This document shows, in pieces, positions 11,341 through 24,113 of a stretch of DNA of 64,000 nucleotides (positions are counted from its first letter, which is position 1; each line of letters begins with the position of its first letter). Made by a program: the position numbers and the translations under genes. Origin of the DNA: Mobula hypostoma (lineage: Eukaryota). The notes below the pieces were generated by a model, which saw only the letters and a list, made by a program, of their open reading frames with translations, ran no database searches and was not told the DNA's origin. The stretch spans positions 10,478,001 to 10,542,000 of the forward strand of contig NC_086110.1 in NCBI RefSeq assembly GCF_963921235.1, given 5' to 3'.

Positions 11341-13199
11341 GCTTTAATTATACTTCCAAATAAGCGAATTTGATTTCTGGGGAAAAAAAATTTATTCAAC
11401 GTGCTTAGTGTTCCATGCACAGCGTTAAACACCGGGTTATTCGTTTACTCCCCCCCCTCCCCGAAAATGTTGCGATGACCCTACTTTGGATGCTGGTCGA
11501 GCCGTGAAACTGCTCACAAAGATGGCAATGATTCAATCATTGCAATCGTCAGCTTATTAGTATTTGTCTCAAATAAGTTATAAGCAAATCTAATCTGCAG
11601 GCAGTGTCTTTTCGTGGGATTTGTAATCATTCTGATCAAATTCTTTAGTGCGATGACGATATTGTATTGCTCGATGTTTTCGTTTCAACGATATTTTACC
11701 TTTGGTTACAAATTCCGACAATTATGATTTTCCATGTTGGAATATGCTAAAAATCCAGCAATGCAATTTACTTCATATTAAATTTTAATCTGAAAATTTA
11801 TTTGACTAATAATTTTTATTTTTTAAAATGTGGTGATTTTATTTTCCTAGCCTCGATTAAAGACGCCGACCACTCTCCTTCGATGGTGTCAGTTCGTTAA
11901 TGTGCCACCTTGAAACAATGTTTTGGAAAACGTGGTATGGGAGCAACAACAGTTTAGTAGTGTAGCAGGCCATGTTCCTCATCTCGAGCTAGTGATGCGC
12001 GGTCTCCATTCATGTCCCTGCCACAACATATCAATAGCGTATCGATTTGTCCTGGCATGTCGGCCGGTCGGAAATAATTTAATTCAGCGCCCTGGAGTAT
12101 TTTAAAAAGTCTGATTTTTTTTTAGATTTGGCATGTGTGCGCGTACACGTGCCGTCCTTCCCTTCCAATCTAGGGTTGCTCGGCTTGTTTTTCGAGAAGA
12201 AAATGGTGCCTGCTGTTGGGCGGGCTGAGTCAGAGCGTGCGATAAAGCAATTAGATCCATTCATGTTTTGCATGCTGCAAGCGAAAGGGCTTTGTCCCCC
12301 TTTGCAGATCACTCTACGAACAGCGTGAAGGTAGAGCCGTTCACTGTTAACTCGCATTAAACGAGAGCACGATATCAATTGGCTGTTATCTAATTGTTTA
12401 TAAACGAAGATTTTCCATTCAAAATAGAGAAAAAATACCCAACTATTTAGCGTACGCTACATAAATAATGGGTTTAGTCATTGGAATTTGGTAATTTTTG
12501 TAGGGAGTGCTTCAAAATCTAGGTGAGAAACAAACTTTACATTTGGTACATAAACCCATTTCAAGGGTGCTTTTCACAAAAATCCAAAGGGCAAATGTGC
12601 AGGGTTATTGTGAAGACTTAAAAGGCTGAAGAAAAAACTTCAAACAGTTCCTAGATTAGTTTTAGTTTAAGTTAGTGTGCACTGTGCTATAAAGTCATGA
12701 GCATTTCAACATGCTTCATATCTGTGGTTGGGAGGAGTACTTGAATATGTTTGGTGTTCATTTTTCTATGTTTCTGGTACTCCCATGGGTGAAACAATTG
12801 TGTATTATTACATTGTTGGAATGTCTTTTTTTTTCCTCTCGAAGACTTAGATACATTTTTTGAGGGTTGGATGTTGTGTTTGGGGAAGTGGTGGTATTCT
12901 TTCCTCATAGTGAGATTTCAGAGCAGGGCTGACCACAGTAATGCATTTCTGACCAGTGTTGATCTTAGAACCTGAACCATGATTGATTAATTCTGTCATT
13001 ATTTGAGTAGTGGTGAGTCCTTCAGTATTATTTGCAGATGTTATTAGGATTTGTTAATTGTTGGAGGACTGAAGGGTGTTCCACACGTGGCTAACCAAAA
13101 ATGGCATCAAGTTGAAAAGGAAGTTATACAATGTTGCAGAGATTAGTGGAATTGATTTTAGAAACTAGGAAAGATTAAGTTGAAATTGAGGTTGACATT

Positions 13200-14500
13200 A
13201 GATTGAGAATCTAGCAAGAAAACTAAAAATAGAACTCTACAAAAATCTGCAGAATGGCTGAGGTAAACTTTTGTCTTTTTGTAGGACAAGAATTAATAGC
13301 AAATAGGAATTGTTAGAGACTGAACAAATATGTTTGTCTTCATAGCTGGAGACGTCTGTTTTTTTAAATACAGTGGTAGAAAGCCAGGGGGAAGAGAATT
13401 TATTTCCCCTCACACGATGAAATCCACTAGGCATCCAATGAGATATCAGCAGACAGATTCCATGGCCTTTGTTATGAGGCCTTAAAGAAGTGACTCCAGA
13501 AATATTGGATTCAGTAGGTGCAGCCTTCCAATCGCCTACTATTTAAGAGAAACGCTGATTGACCTTGCATCTTTTTGGTGGGGGGGGTGGGGAGGATGAT
13601 GGAATCCAATATTAAGAAAGTGGGAGCAGGATGTAGAGAAAATCAAATAATGACCATGTTTTTTTTGAAAGCGGAATGGCTTTAGATAACTTCATTGCAG
13701 CTCTTTTAGGGTGGCAAGGAGGATAAAGGTGGGAACCATTGGATATCTTGTTAATTGGACTTCTAAAAAGCAGTTGATAAGGTCTTCATGAATAGGATTG
13801 TTTTCTGTTAATTAGTCAGCCTGGATAATTTGAAAGTTGGGACATCAATTAGTACAGTAACTTGCATTAGTATGGTAACAGTACAGTAATTAGTACAGTA
13901 ACTTGCAATCAAAGTTCATACAGAATGTATTGCAGCCAAATTTGCTGAGAAAGCAAATTATGGGATTTCATCTGCAGAAGATTACACTTACCAGATGGAA
14001 GATAATGCAGGAGAATGTGAAGCTACTCACTTAGCTTAGGGAGAATAGTAAAGCGGAATGATTAACATGAAAGACATTGGGGCATGTGTCCTTGTACAAG
14101 AAACTGAGTTACGGGAAGCAAATTGGACTTCATTGTAAAAGGGAAGGAGCAACAAACTTGTACGGCAACACTCGGACAGCATTTGGAGTACTTACTGCAT
14201 GCTACTTTTACTTAAAGGGATAAAAAGTTCATTATTTTACTTGCTGTGAAGGTGTTTAAGGAAACAGTAAATGGATTAGGCCCCTATCAGTTGAAGTTTT
14301 AGAAGAATAAGATGTAATTCTATTGAAATGTGGGATTTTGAAGGGCTTGAGAGGCTGTGGGTAATGTAGAACAAGGGAGAACAGTTTTAAAGTAAGCTGC
14401 TAGTTCTGAGGATTGAAACTATGCAGTGCTTTAGAAAGCAGTAGGATGCTGCATTATTAAAATCTTCATGAAGATGGAAGCAGGCAGCAAAGGCTGCATG
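13200..14500 (+). mobile_element. Ancient degenerate CR1 remnant
   Basis: Residual motifs ggacttctaaaaagcagttgataaggt (DFxKAFDK), ccaaatttgctga (KFAD), catttggagtac, gaagttttagaagaataaga in CR1 order. Confidence 0.5.
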
Positions 14501-17263
14501 GTATTCTTCATTTATCTCCTAATTTATTCTGTGAATAACTACCTATTGTCATAGTCTCATTGCAGCACAATTCAATGGTTGAAGTTATTAATGATTTGTA
14601 CAAATATTTGGATGGTCCATGGAATTGGTCTAGTTTTCTGAACCAGCTGATCATGTTATAGATAGCATTTTCATTGAAATGTGGGTTCAAGTCTGCTTTA
14701 TTTCCCTCAAATCATTGCATTGGTTTCTGAATAATCTACCCATCATGTTTTTGTGTATATATTATTCATTTACCTTCTAAAAGCTACTATTAAATGTTCT
14801 ACTATTATAAAAATCCTTTATATAACTTAAAAATTTTAACATGGGTTTCTCTTTAGTAATTATACTCCTGGGTTAGAAACTAGTGGTCATTTGGGCTTTT
14901 GATTACAAGCAAGCCACCCAGGCTGTTCAGGTGATGCATTAAATTATCTCCACAAATTGCAACCAAAAATCCCATGCCACTTCCAAGAGCAGAAGAGTTT
15001 TGGCTAATGATTCTCACTTATTATTAAAATAGCTTATGTGGTCACTTTTTTGTGATAGTCAATTGTCCCACACATTTTCCTATATTACAACAGTAACTAA
15101 AATTTAAGTGATACTTTTTTTTACAGAAATCTTGTGGATATAAATGCCTATTTATAAATACAATAAATAGCAGTCAATTTCACTTTACGTAGAGAATCTA
15201 ATAACTGGATTTTAGACCACTCAATTGAATTAATTTATGGATATGCTGTAATGATATGCCCATGATTATTGGAATTAATTTATTGCTTTGGATCCTCTTT
15301 AGTTCAATGCTAGAATAATTTCTGCACAATTTTTATTAGAATATTTGTATATTCAGCTCTCAATATATTCAAACTACAAATACTTGGTTTTGAATGTAAT
15401 TCTGATGTTTGCCTAAATCATTTTTAGTTCACCAAACCTCCCTTTTTTTGTACCTTTTGAAAGATACTAGTGGAAAAAGATTATTCTGTTTTTATCAAGT
15501 TTCCATCACTTTGTTCTGGCTTAATGTTTGTGGTGAGCCAAGATGCAAAGTGTAAGTTTTAAGTTGGCACTTGTTTGAGGATTCGGTGCAGGGTGGGGGT
15601 AAGAGAGAGAGCAATTAGTGTGTTCTTTTCTTCAAATTTCTTTTCAAAGGATTTATTCCGTCTTTCTATTATGCCTCATAGTTGCAGCATCTCTCTCAGC
15701 AGGCCTCCTTCATGGAAAATCATGACAACAGTAAAAGTTGTGTGGGAGGGTAGCTGGCATTTGAACCTTATGGTCAAAATGGAGCCAAAGTTGCAGGATG
15801 TTGGTATGGCTGGTTCAGTGGGAACAAGTTGCTAATCAACAAGATTAAGTCTTTAGAATGTTAAAGGTTTTCAGTGCCAAGATTATGCCTTTGCGTGAAT
15901 TGCATCTTTTTTTTGTGTATCGGATCACAACTTGGAGTCAGTCATGGGAAATGCATGATGAATATTTTTATAGTTAATTTGTATGCAGGAGTTATTGGTA
16001 ATAGATTTTCTGGCTTTTTGACGATATCACAACATGAGTTACTGAATTTGTGATCTAAATGGTCAAGCCTTCATTAGTGAATAAACAGAGCAATCCCAGT
16101 ACAAATTTACAACATTGTTCTCGGCTTCATGAATCTGAGAACAATAGAAGTATTTAAGTAAGGCAGTAAGAAACTTCTACAAATTGTTGGCCAGCTCAAA
16201 AATGTTCCTGCCCAAAAGCTTCTTCATTTGGGCATTTAGACACAAGTGGGGGGGGGTGGGGGGAAGAGATGCATGAAGAAAATACTGCTTTCTAGTGGCA
16301 ACAATTGACTCATCATATAAATCAGTAAAAGTTGTTACATTTTGAAGTGGATGGTTGGCAAGTAAGTTCAATGAAAATGTGAAACACATACTAGAGTGAC
16401 TGACATCCAGTGATATAGTATAGATTTGTATGCTGTTTGACTAGGGGGTGCCATGTTTATCTGCATGTGGTGTTCCTCTTGCTAAACCAATTGTACCTGG
16501 CTGGTTCTGCTCACTTTTGCTGACTGGAGTGCTCGATTTGTATAATTGGGAAGTCATTGGGTGTTAACCTGTATCCTGATGCTAGGAGCTTTTGAGTGAA
16601 TTAATAAATACAACCGAATATCCTGCTAATTTTGATAGTTTTGGCCAGTTAAGTATTTTAAACTGTGACTTCCTTGCTGCATTTGCTCCATGTGACCTTT
16701 TTCCACTGCATGCTGCACAGCTGTGTAGTTTTATTGATTGTGCAGAGTGAGGACCCCATGGTGGTGAACTAAATTTAATGTTGTGCTTCAGGCATTTTCT
16801 ACAAATCTATATATAGGTTTACTTCTTTGAATTTGTTAAGGATGTCTTCAGCTTCATAATTTTTCTGGGCGTAACAAGGAGACACTTGCTATGCTCAACT
16901 GTTTTAATGATGAACGGCACAACAGTTGGGCCTATTCCATTTCCTACTCACAGCTGCTTTCCATGTGTGCAAGCCAACTTGCTAACCGGTAATAACTTGA
17001 AGTAAATGTGTATGTTAATTGTTAAGCATATAGTTAGTCTAAGTTTAAACAAGTTATTTTCTAACTGTGTATATGAAATTATTTTGATTTATCCAATTTC
17101 TCTCCTACCCTGCTGCAGAGTTTTCATTGAACTCCTTGGTATCGTGTTCAAACTGATCTTCAAAAATATTTCTCGGTAAATAAATACCATGACACTGAAG
17201 CTTATGGAGTACTCATTTGTCTCTTTAAAGGTTACTTAGAATAGATTTGGAATGACTTTTGGA

Positions 17264-17479
17264 ATAACCATATAACAATTACAGCACGGAAACAGGCCAT
17301 CTTGGCCCTTCTAGTCCGTGCCGAACTCTTACTCTCACCTAGTCCCACTGACCTGCACTCAGCCCATAACCCTCCATTCCTTTCCTGTCCATATATCTAT
17401 CCAATTTAACTTTAAACGACAACATCGAACCTGCCTCAACCACTTCTGCTGGAAGCTCGTTCCACACAGCTACCACTCC
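17264..17479 (-). mobile_element. CR1 3' end fragment
   Basis: ataaccatataacaattacagcacggaaacaggccatc tail; near-identical to the start of the 20890 copy. Confidence 0.85.
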
Positions 17480-17960
17480 CTATCAATAGACCAAATCTTT
17501 TTTGGTGGTTTGGCTTTTTTTAAAACTCAAATACTTAGTTCCATTTGTGAAGGAATATCTCTTGTTACCCACCATCCCGATTGGGACGTTTATTGCATTA
17601 TTTTGGTGGTTTAAGATTTTGGAACTCTCCAATTGATATTTCTTGGTTGCAGGTGGATTTCACTTGTACAGGAATGCTGAATACAACCATCTCCTATTGT
17701 TGATAGGCCACATTAAAATGTCTGACTTAACAACATTTCCAGCAGTGAACACCTTCACTATCTCTGTCCCCATCCTTTATCAATCATTATGTCTTACAAA
17801 TTTTTAATTTCTGATGTGCTTTTGCATTAAAGACCCCAGGTGAGAAGAAATTAGTTTGGATAGTTAAATTTCATGGGCCTCTAAAATGAGTCCACCAGAT
17901 GCTGTCAGGTAGCATTTGTTGAAGAGCTGTCCTTTAATGCTGGTGACCTTTTGTCAGACA

Positions 17961-19226
17961 ATAGAACCATAGAACATTACAGCACAGAAACAGGCCTTTT
18001 GGCCCTTGGCTGTGCTGAACCATTTTTCTGCCTAGTCCCATTGACCTGCACCTGGACCATATCCCTCCATACACCTCTCATCCATGTACCTGTCCAAGTT
18101 TTTCTTAAATGTTAAAAGTGAGCCCGCATTTACCACTTCATCTGGCAGCTCATTCCACACTCCCACCACTCTCTGTGTGAAGGAACCCCCCCCCCCAATG
18201 TTCCCTTTAAACTTTTTCCCCCTTAACCGATGTCCTCCGGTTTTTTTCTCCCCTAGCCTCAGTGGAAAAAGCCTGCTTGCATTCACTCCATCTATACCCA
18301 TCATAATTTTATATACCTCTAACAAATCTCCCCTCATTCTTCTATGCTCCAGGGAATAAAGTCCTAACCTATTCAACCTTTCTCTGTAACTGAGTTTCTC
18401 AAGTCCCAGCAACATCCTTGTAAACCTTCTCTGCACTCTTTCAACCTTATTAATATCCTTCCTGTAACTTGGTGACCAAAACTGTACACAATACTCCAAA
18501 TTTGGCCTTACCAAAGCCTTATACAACCTCATCATAACATTCCAACTCTTATACTCAATACTTTGATTTACAAAGGCCAATGTACCAAAGGCTCTCTTTA
18601 CGACCCTATCTACCTGTGACGCCACTTTTAGGGAATTTTGTATCTGTATTCCCAGATCCCTCTGTTCTACTGCACTCCTCAGTGTCCTACCATCCACCTT
18701 GTATGTTCTACTTTGGTTTGTCCTTCCAAAGTGCAATACCTCACACTTGTCTGTATTAAACTCCATCTGCCATTTTTCAGCCCATTTTTCCAGCTGGTCC
18801 AAATCCCTCTGCAAGCTTTGATAACCTTCCTCACTGTCCACTACACCTCCAATCTTTGTATCATCAGCAAATTTGCTGATCCAATTTACCACATTATCAT
18901 CCAGATCATTAATATGGATGACAAATAACAATGGACCCAGCACTGATCCCTGTGGCACACCACTAGTCACAGGCCTCCACTTGGAGAAGCAATCCTCCAC
19001 TACCACTCTCTGGCTTCTTCCATTGAGCCAATGTCTAATCCAATTTACTACCTCTCCATGTATACCTAGCGACTGAATCTTCCTGACATGTGGGACCTTG
19101 TCAAAGGCCTTACTGATGTACATGTAGACAACATCTACTGCCTTCCCTTCATCCACTTTCCTGGTAACCTCCTCGAAAAACTCTTAATAGTTTGGTTAAA
19201 CATGACCTACCACGCACAAAGCCATA
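17961..19226 (-). mobile_element. 5'-truncated CR1 (RT to 3' end)
   Basis: 374-aa ORF 18032-19156 with [30 protein letters not shown]; tail (ttctatgg)n. Confidence 0.95.
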
Positions 19227-20889
19227 ATTTCTAAATACTGTGAAAAAACTGATAAAATTAAAAATCATCTGGTTTTCAAATGCTGCATAAAGGTGTGTGT
19301 GTGGACAGCCTCCCCGTCTGATTTGTCATCCTTATCTGTAGAGGGTGGGGAAAGAAATTCTAGTGGATGCTTTCCTACAATGATGGTTGATTTATGGCAG
19401 GTGGTGTAACTGGTGTAGAATAACTGCTAAGGCACTTTCTAGCTGAGTTGCCAATGAATTTTGTTGCAGTGACAATATAGAAGTTGTCATTTAACAAGGT
19501 ATAGTGACTAAATTTGTACGAGTAGCTACTTATTTTTCTACCGATTACTCTTTTTCCCCTTCCCCAATTCTCAGAGAAAGTGAATTAAAAAAAAAAATCA
19601 GTTCAGGCAACATTTATGAAGCAGAAAATAGTTAATGTTTTGGGTCAATGACATTTCATCTGTGCTGGCCTTGAGTTGACCCCCCCCAAATGCTTTGTCC
19701 TCACAAATTGGTAATTTCTAAATAATATACCCCACCTTGTCAGCAAATCCTAACCGTGTTAACAGAATGAATTGTGGGTTATTTAGGGTTTATGTTGCAC
19801 ATTTATGGATTTAAGTTGACTGCATTGTCATATTATCTGCATTAAGTTGCTTGGTGTTGTCTGACAGATTTATCACATTTCAGTTTTAATATCAAACACA
19901 GTACATACTCAGTGAATTACTTCCCACTTGCTTCTGTGGTAGCATGACCAGTATTGATTCATTAACAATTAGTGATATGTTAACCCAAAGCTTGCTTTGC
20001 TCCAAAGATACTGACCTGTTTCCAGCATTCTACAGTTGGAGTGCTGTAGTTCTAACTTGAAGATTTAGATTTCAAAATGTAAAAAACCAGGTCTAGTGCC
20101 CTCTCTTTCTGTGATAAGAGATATCTGCAGCAGGCACTTCAAAACACTGGAGTGATATCATGAGCACTGTCTATACAAAATTCCGGAGTCTGTCGGCAGA
20201 GTTGGTGTGCGTGTGTCAGCCTGATCTCCCAAATCTTTTATAACAATCGTTCTGATTCCACTGAGTGGATTCTGGTCTCGTCACATTTGCATGCTCAACA
20301 GCATGCTTTAGAAATGGATGCACTATCCTTGTGCCATGAAATGACCAGATGGGCAGAGAAAAAATTGAGGCATTCTGAAAATTTCTTGCAACATTTGTAC
20401 TTTCTAATGGGAATCTCTGCCCTGTGACCACAAAATGTAGAAAGAACATTTGAAATTGCGTTAAGCTCTTGAAGCTATTTCAGGAACAGCTATAATTCTG
20501 ATGGAAGGGATGGCAGGGTTAAGGTTCTCTTCCAAACTAGTCACCCGCCTTCCTATTACACACCTTCTGCTCATGTGATGGAAAATGCAGTATCCACAAT
20601 GGTCTCATCAGTTACAGAGCTGGGTCTGAAAACAAGTAATCTCGATTTAAAGGATCTCCTGAGAAGAGAAGAGCATGGCAAATTTGGTTAGCTTCTGATC
20701 TGAGATCCCCAAAACAGGAGAGCTAAAGAGTGGGTAGTTTGGGAATATGGGAATTCTAACATGACAAAGGAAATGCATTTTGAAATTGGGAATGGTTCAG
20801 CTGAACATTTGAAGTCAGCAGAAGCAACTTTATTTTCCGTTGTTCTTGACCTTTGGGTGATTTGACATGAGGTGGCCACAATGGGGAGT

Positions 20890-21892
20890 ATAACCATATA
20901 ACAATTGCAGCACGGAAACAGGCCATCTCAGCCCTTCTAGTCCGTGCCGAACGCTTACTCTCACCTAGTCCCATCTACCTGCACTCAGCCCATAACCCTC
21001 CATTCCTTTCCTGTCCATGTATCTATCCAATTTTTTAAAAAAATGACAATCGAACCTGCCTCTACCACTTCTACTGGAAGCTCGTTCCACACAGCCACCA
21101 CTCTCTGAGTAAAGAAGTTCCCCCTCGTGTTACCCCTTAACTCTCAGCTCACGTCCTCTTGTTTGAATCTCCCCTACTCTCAATGGAAAAAGCCTATCCA
21201 TGTCAACTGTATCAATCCCCCTCATAATTTTAAACACCTCTATCAAGTCCCCCCTCAACCTTCTACGCTCCAAAGAATAAAGACCTAACTTGTTCAACCT
21301 TTCTATGTAACTTGGGTGCTGAAACCCAGGTAACATTCTAGTAGATGTCCTCTGTACTCTCTCAATTTTGTTGACATCTTTCCTATAATTCAGTGACCAG
21401 AACTGTACACAGTACTCCAAATTTGGCCTCACCAATGCCTTGTACAATCTTAACATTACATCCCACCTCCTATACTCAATGCTCTGATTTATAAAGGCCA
21501 GCATACCAAAAGCTTTCTTCACCACCCTATCCACATGAGATTCCACCTTCAGGGAACTATGCACCATTATTCCTAGATCCCTCTGTTCTACTGCATTCCT
21601 CAATGCCCTACCATTTGCCATGTGTGTCCTATTTTGATTAGTCCTACCAAATATAGCACCTCACTCTTATCAGCATTAAACTCCATCTGCCATCTTTCAG
21701 CTCACTCTTCTAACTGGCTTAAATCTCTCTGCAAGCTTTGAAAGTCTACTTCATTATCCACAACGCTACCTATTTTAGTAACAACTGCATACTTACTAAT
21801 CCAATTTACCACCCCATCATCCAGATCATTAATGTATATGACAAACAACATTGGACCCAGTACAGATCTCTCCACCACTACTCTCTGGCATC
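20890..21892 (-). mobile_element. 5'-truncated CR1
   Basis: ORF 21130-21621 QRDLG..RPNLEYCVQFWS; tail (ttatatgg)n. Confidence 0.9.
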
Positions 21893-22355
21893 TTGTATCT
21901 TGTCCCTTGTGTGATCATCTTTCACCCTGAGCACAAACTGGACATCATCTGAAAATTCACGAATCATTTAAATACTAAGCTTTTGATTCCATGGTAGCTG
22001 GCCACCAGCATGGAGGTTAATTTATGGTCTTTATTTCACTCTGGAATTGGACTGTTATAAATTTGGCTCTATTTTAAAAATTTGGTGCGTGATCTGAGAG
22101 TAAGCTGTACTCTACAATTTTGTGGAGAAATTGTTTCTGTATGGGTCACTTAAAATGAAACTGGTTAATGTTTCAGGCTCTGGATTGTTTTTCATGTAGG
22201 TTGGAATTGGGTGCACTGGTAAAGGATTTTCTGTGCAAGTAGCTGGGGGGGGGGGTGGGGAAGTTAATTTGATTCTGCTTGTAGTTACTTTTGAGTAAAT
22301 TTGTGTGTATATTCATACTTGACCAAATCTGTGGTTTTAAGAATATCCACTAAAA

Positions 22356-22436
22356 CGGGTTCCCAAACTGGGGTCTACGAACCTTTGCTTAATGGTATTA
22401 TTGGTTCATGGCGTTAAAAAAGGTTGGGAATCCCTG
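22356..22436. mobile_element. hAT (Charlie-like) MITE
   Basis: Imperfect TIRs cgggttcccaaact / aggttgggaatccctg; 8-bp flanks CACTAAAA (22348-22355) and CACTAAAG (22437-22444) with central TA. Confidence 0.7.
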
Positions 22437-22519
22437 CACTAAAGGAAGAAAACATTGAGTTGGTGGTTACTTTTAAGGGAATTTGCTATTAGAACTCGAT
22501 AAGAAAAAATACTTCTCAT

Positions 22520-22670
22520 AAACAATAGCGTAGCAATTAGAGCAGCAGCAATCACCAATCAGTGTTTGATTCCTACCACTGTCTGTAAGGAGTTTCTGTG
22601 TTATTCCTGGACTCTGTGGGTTTCCTTCAAGTGTTCAGGTTTCCTCCTACATTGCAAAGACTTGTGGTTG
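22520..22670 (+). mobile_element. V-domain tRNA-derived SINE remnant
   Basis: tgtaaggagttt..gtgggtttcctt..ggtttcctcctacattgcaaagac matches the V-SINE central domain. Confidence 0.65.
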
Positions 22671-22679
22671 GGGTGAACA

Positions 22680-23205
22680 CCCAAGTATTTGTACTCTTCC
22701 AGAATGTATACAGGACTCGTAACAGTCCTCTTCCTCCATCTTCCTGGTTTAGACCACATTCAGGTGCAGGTGATTTCTCATGCACCACTTGTCCACCAGT
22801 CCTCTGTACTCTGACTGCTGCCCATCTCTGATACATCTAACCACTGCAGAGTCATCAGAGAATTTCTGCAAGTGGCAAGACTCAGTTGTACTGAAAGTCA
22901 GGTGTACAGTATGAACAGAAACAGACAGTACAATCCCTTCTTCAGTGCCACTCAAGATAGAAAACTACCCAGTCCTACAAATTGGAGTCCATCAGGTAGT
23001 CAGTAATCCAGGGGATAGCGTATTTGTCTCCGCCCATCCATTGCAGCTTCTCACTCTGAAGAAGTGGCTGGATTGTATTGAAAGCACTAGAGAAATCAAA
23101 AAATGTGATTCTCGCAATGCCACCAGCATCATCCAGCTGGGACTGAGCTCACTGTAACAGGTAGATGATGGCATCATCTAGTCCCACATGGGGTTGGTGG
23201 GCAAA
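22680..23205 (-). mobile_element. Rex1-like LINE RT fragments
   Basis: Minus strand CHLQKFSDDSAVV..EYRGLVD..NHLHLN. Confidence 0.65.
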
Positions 23206-23569
23206 CTGTTAGCTTAAACAATTTAAGAGGCTAAATGACAATTAACTGATATGATGCCTGATATCTTCGCTACTGATTCAATACATCTTAGGAATTGTTA
23301 TTTGATAGAAGCATTTCATGAGGTGAGGAAATCAATTTTGCATTTGAGGACTTAATAATCTGGTTTTACTATTTTGGAGCAACTGATACCAAATTATTGT
23401 AAATGTGCTGCTACAATGTATTGAGGAAGCATTCTGATCCCTACATTTATCAGTAAATTTATTTCAGTAAATACATTCACGTATATGTATATTTCCTTGC
23501 GCATTACTACTTTAATTCTAGGCCATTATATATTTTGATAGTAACGTAGATTATAGCAGTTGCGTGTGT

Positions 23570-24113
23570 TTGTGTTCAAAGAGTAGTGATTTTTGTTGCT
23601 GATGGTGATAAATAAGCAGGAAGACAATTCTGAACTGTTCTATTTTGAGGTTTCAAGCTTTCAGGCTTGGAGATGCTGGAAACGGACAGGAGTAAAAATG
23701 AAATTATTTTGCTACTTCAAGTTGGAGACTATGGAGAATTTGAAGGTATCAACAAATCATCTTGAATGTTACAGTGAAAATGAAGATCTCAAGGATGCAA
23801 TCGTTGAAACATTCTATGAAGGCAGTCCATTGTTTGAACTAGATGATTGCATGGATTTTGTTCATTCTGTCAATCAAAAGTGTACATTGGATGAATTCCT
23901 TTATTAGGAACTAATGCAGGTCTATAGTACTGTATTGCTAGTCTTCTAATTTGTTCTATATTTCATCTAAATACAATTTGTTACTCAAACAGTAGTTTCT
24001 TTTTTTAAAATATAGCTTTTTAACTATTTCCATGCAACTTCGGATAATCGGAGCAGCTGCTTGGGCCAAGATGCACTGATCCCCATGTGTCCCAATTAAC
24101 CAGATTCTACTGT
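23570..24113 (+). mobile_element. Tigger/pogo-like DNA transposon remnant
   Basis: Residual TILNC and C-terminal KCTLDEF motifs; end tcccaattaaccagattctactgTA; a homologous end recurs at 36657-36749. Confidence 0.5.

Noticed and set aside
13846-13908. Repeated aattagtacagtaacttgca units
   Set aside because: Local duplication within a decayed CR1; not a regularly spaced array.
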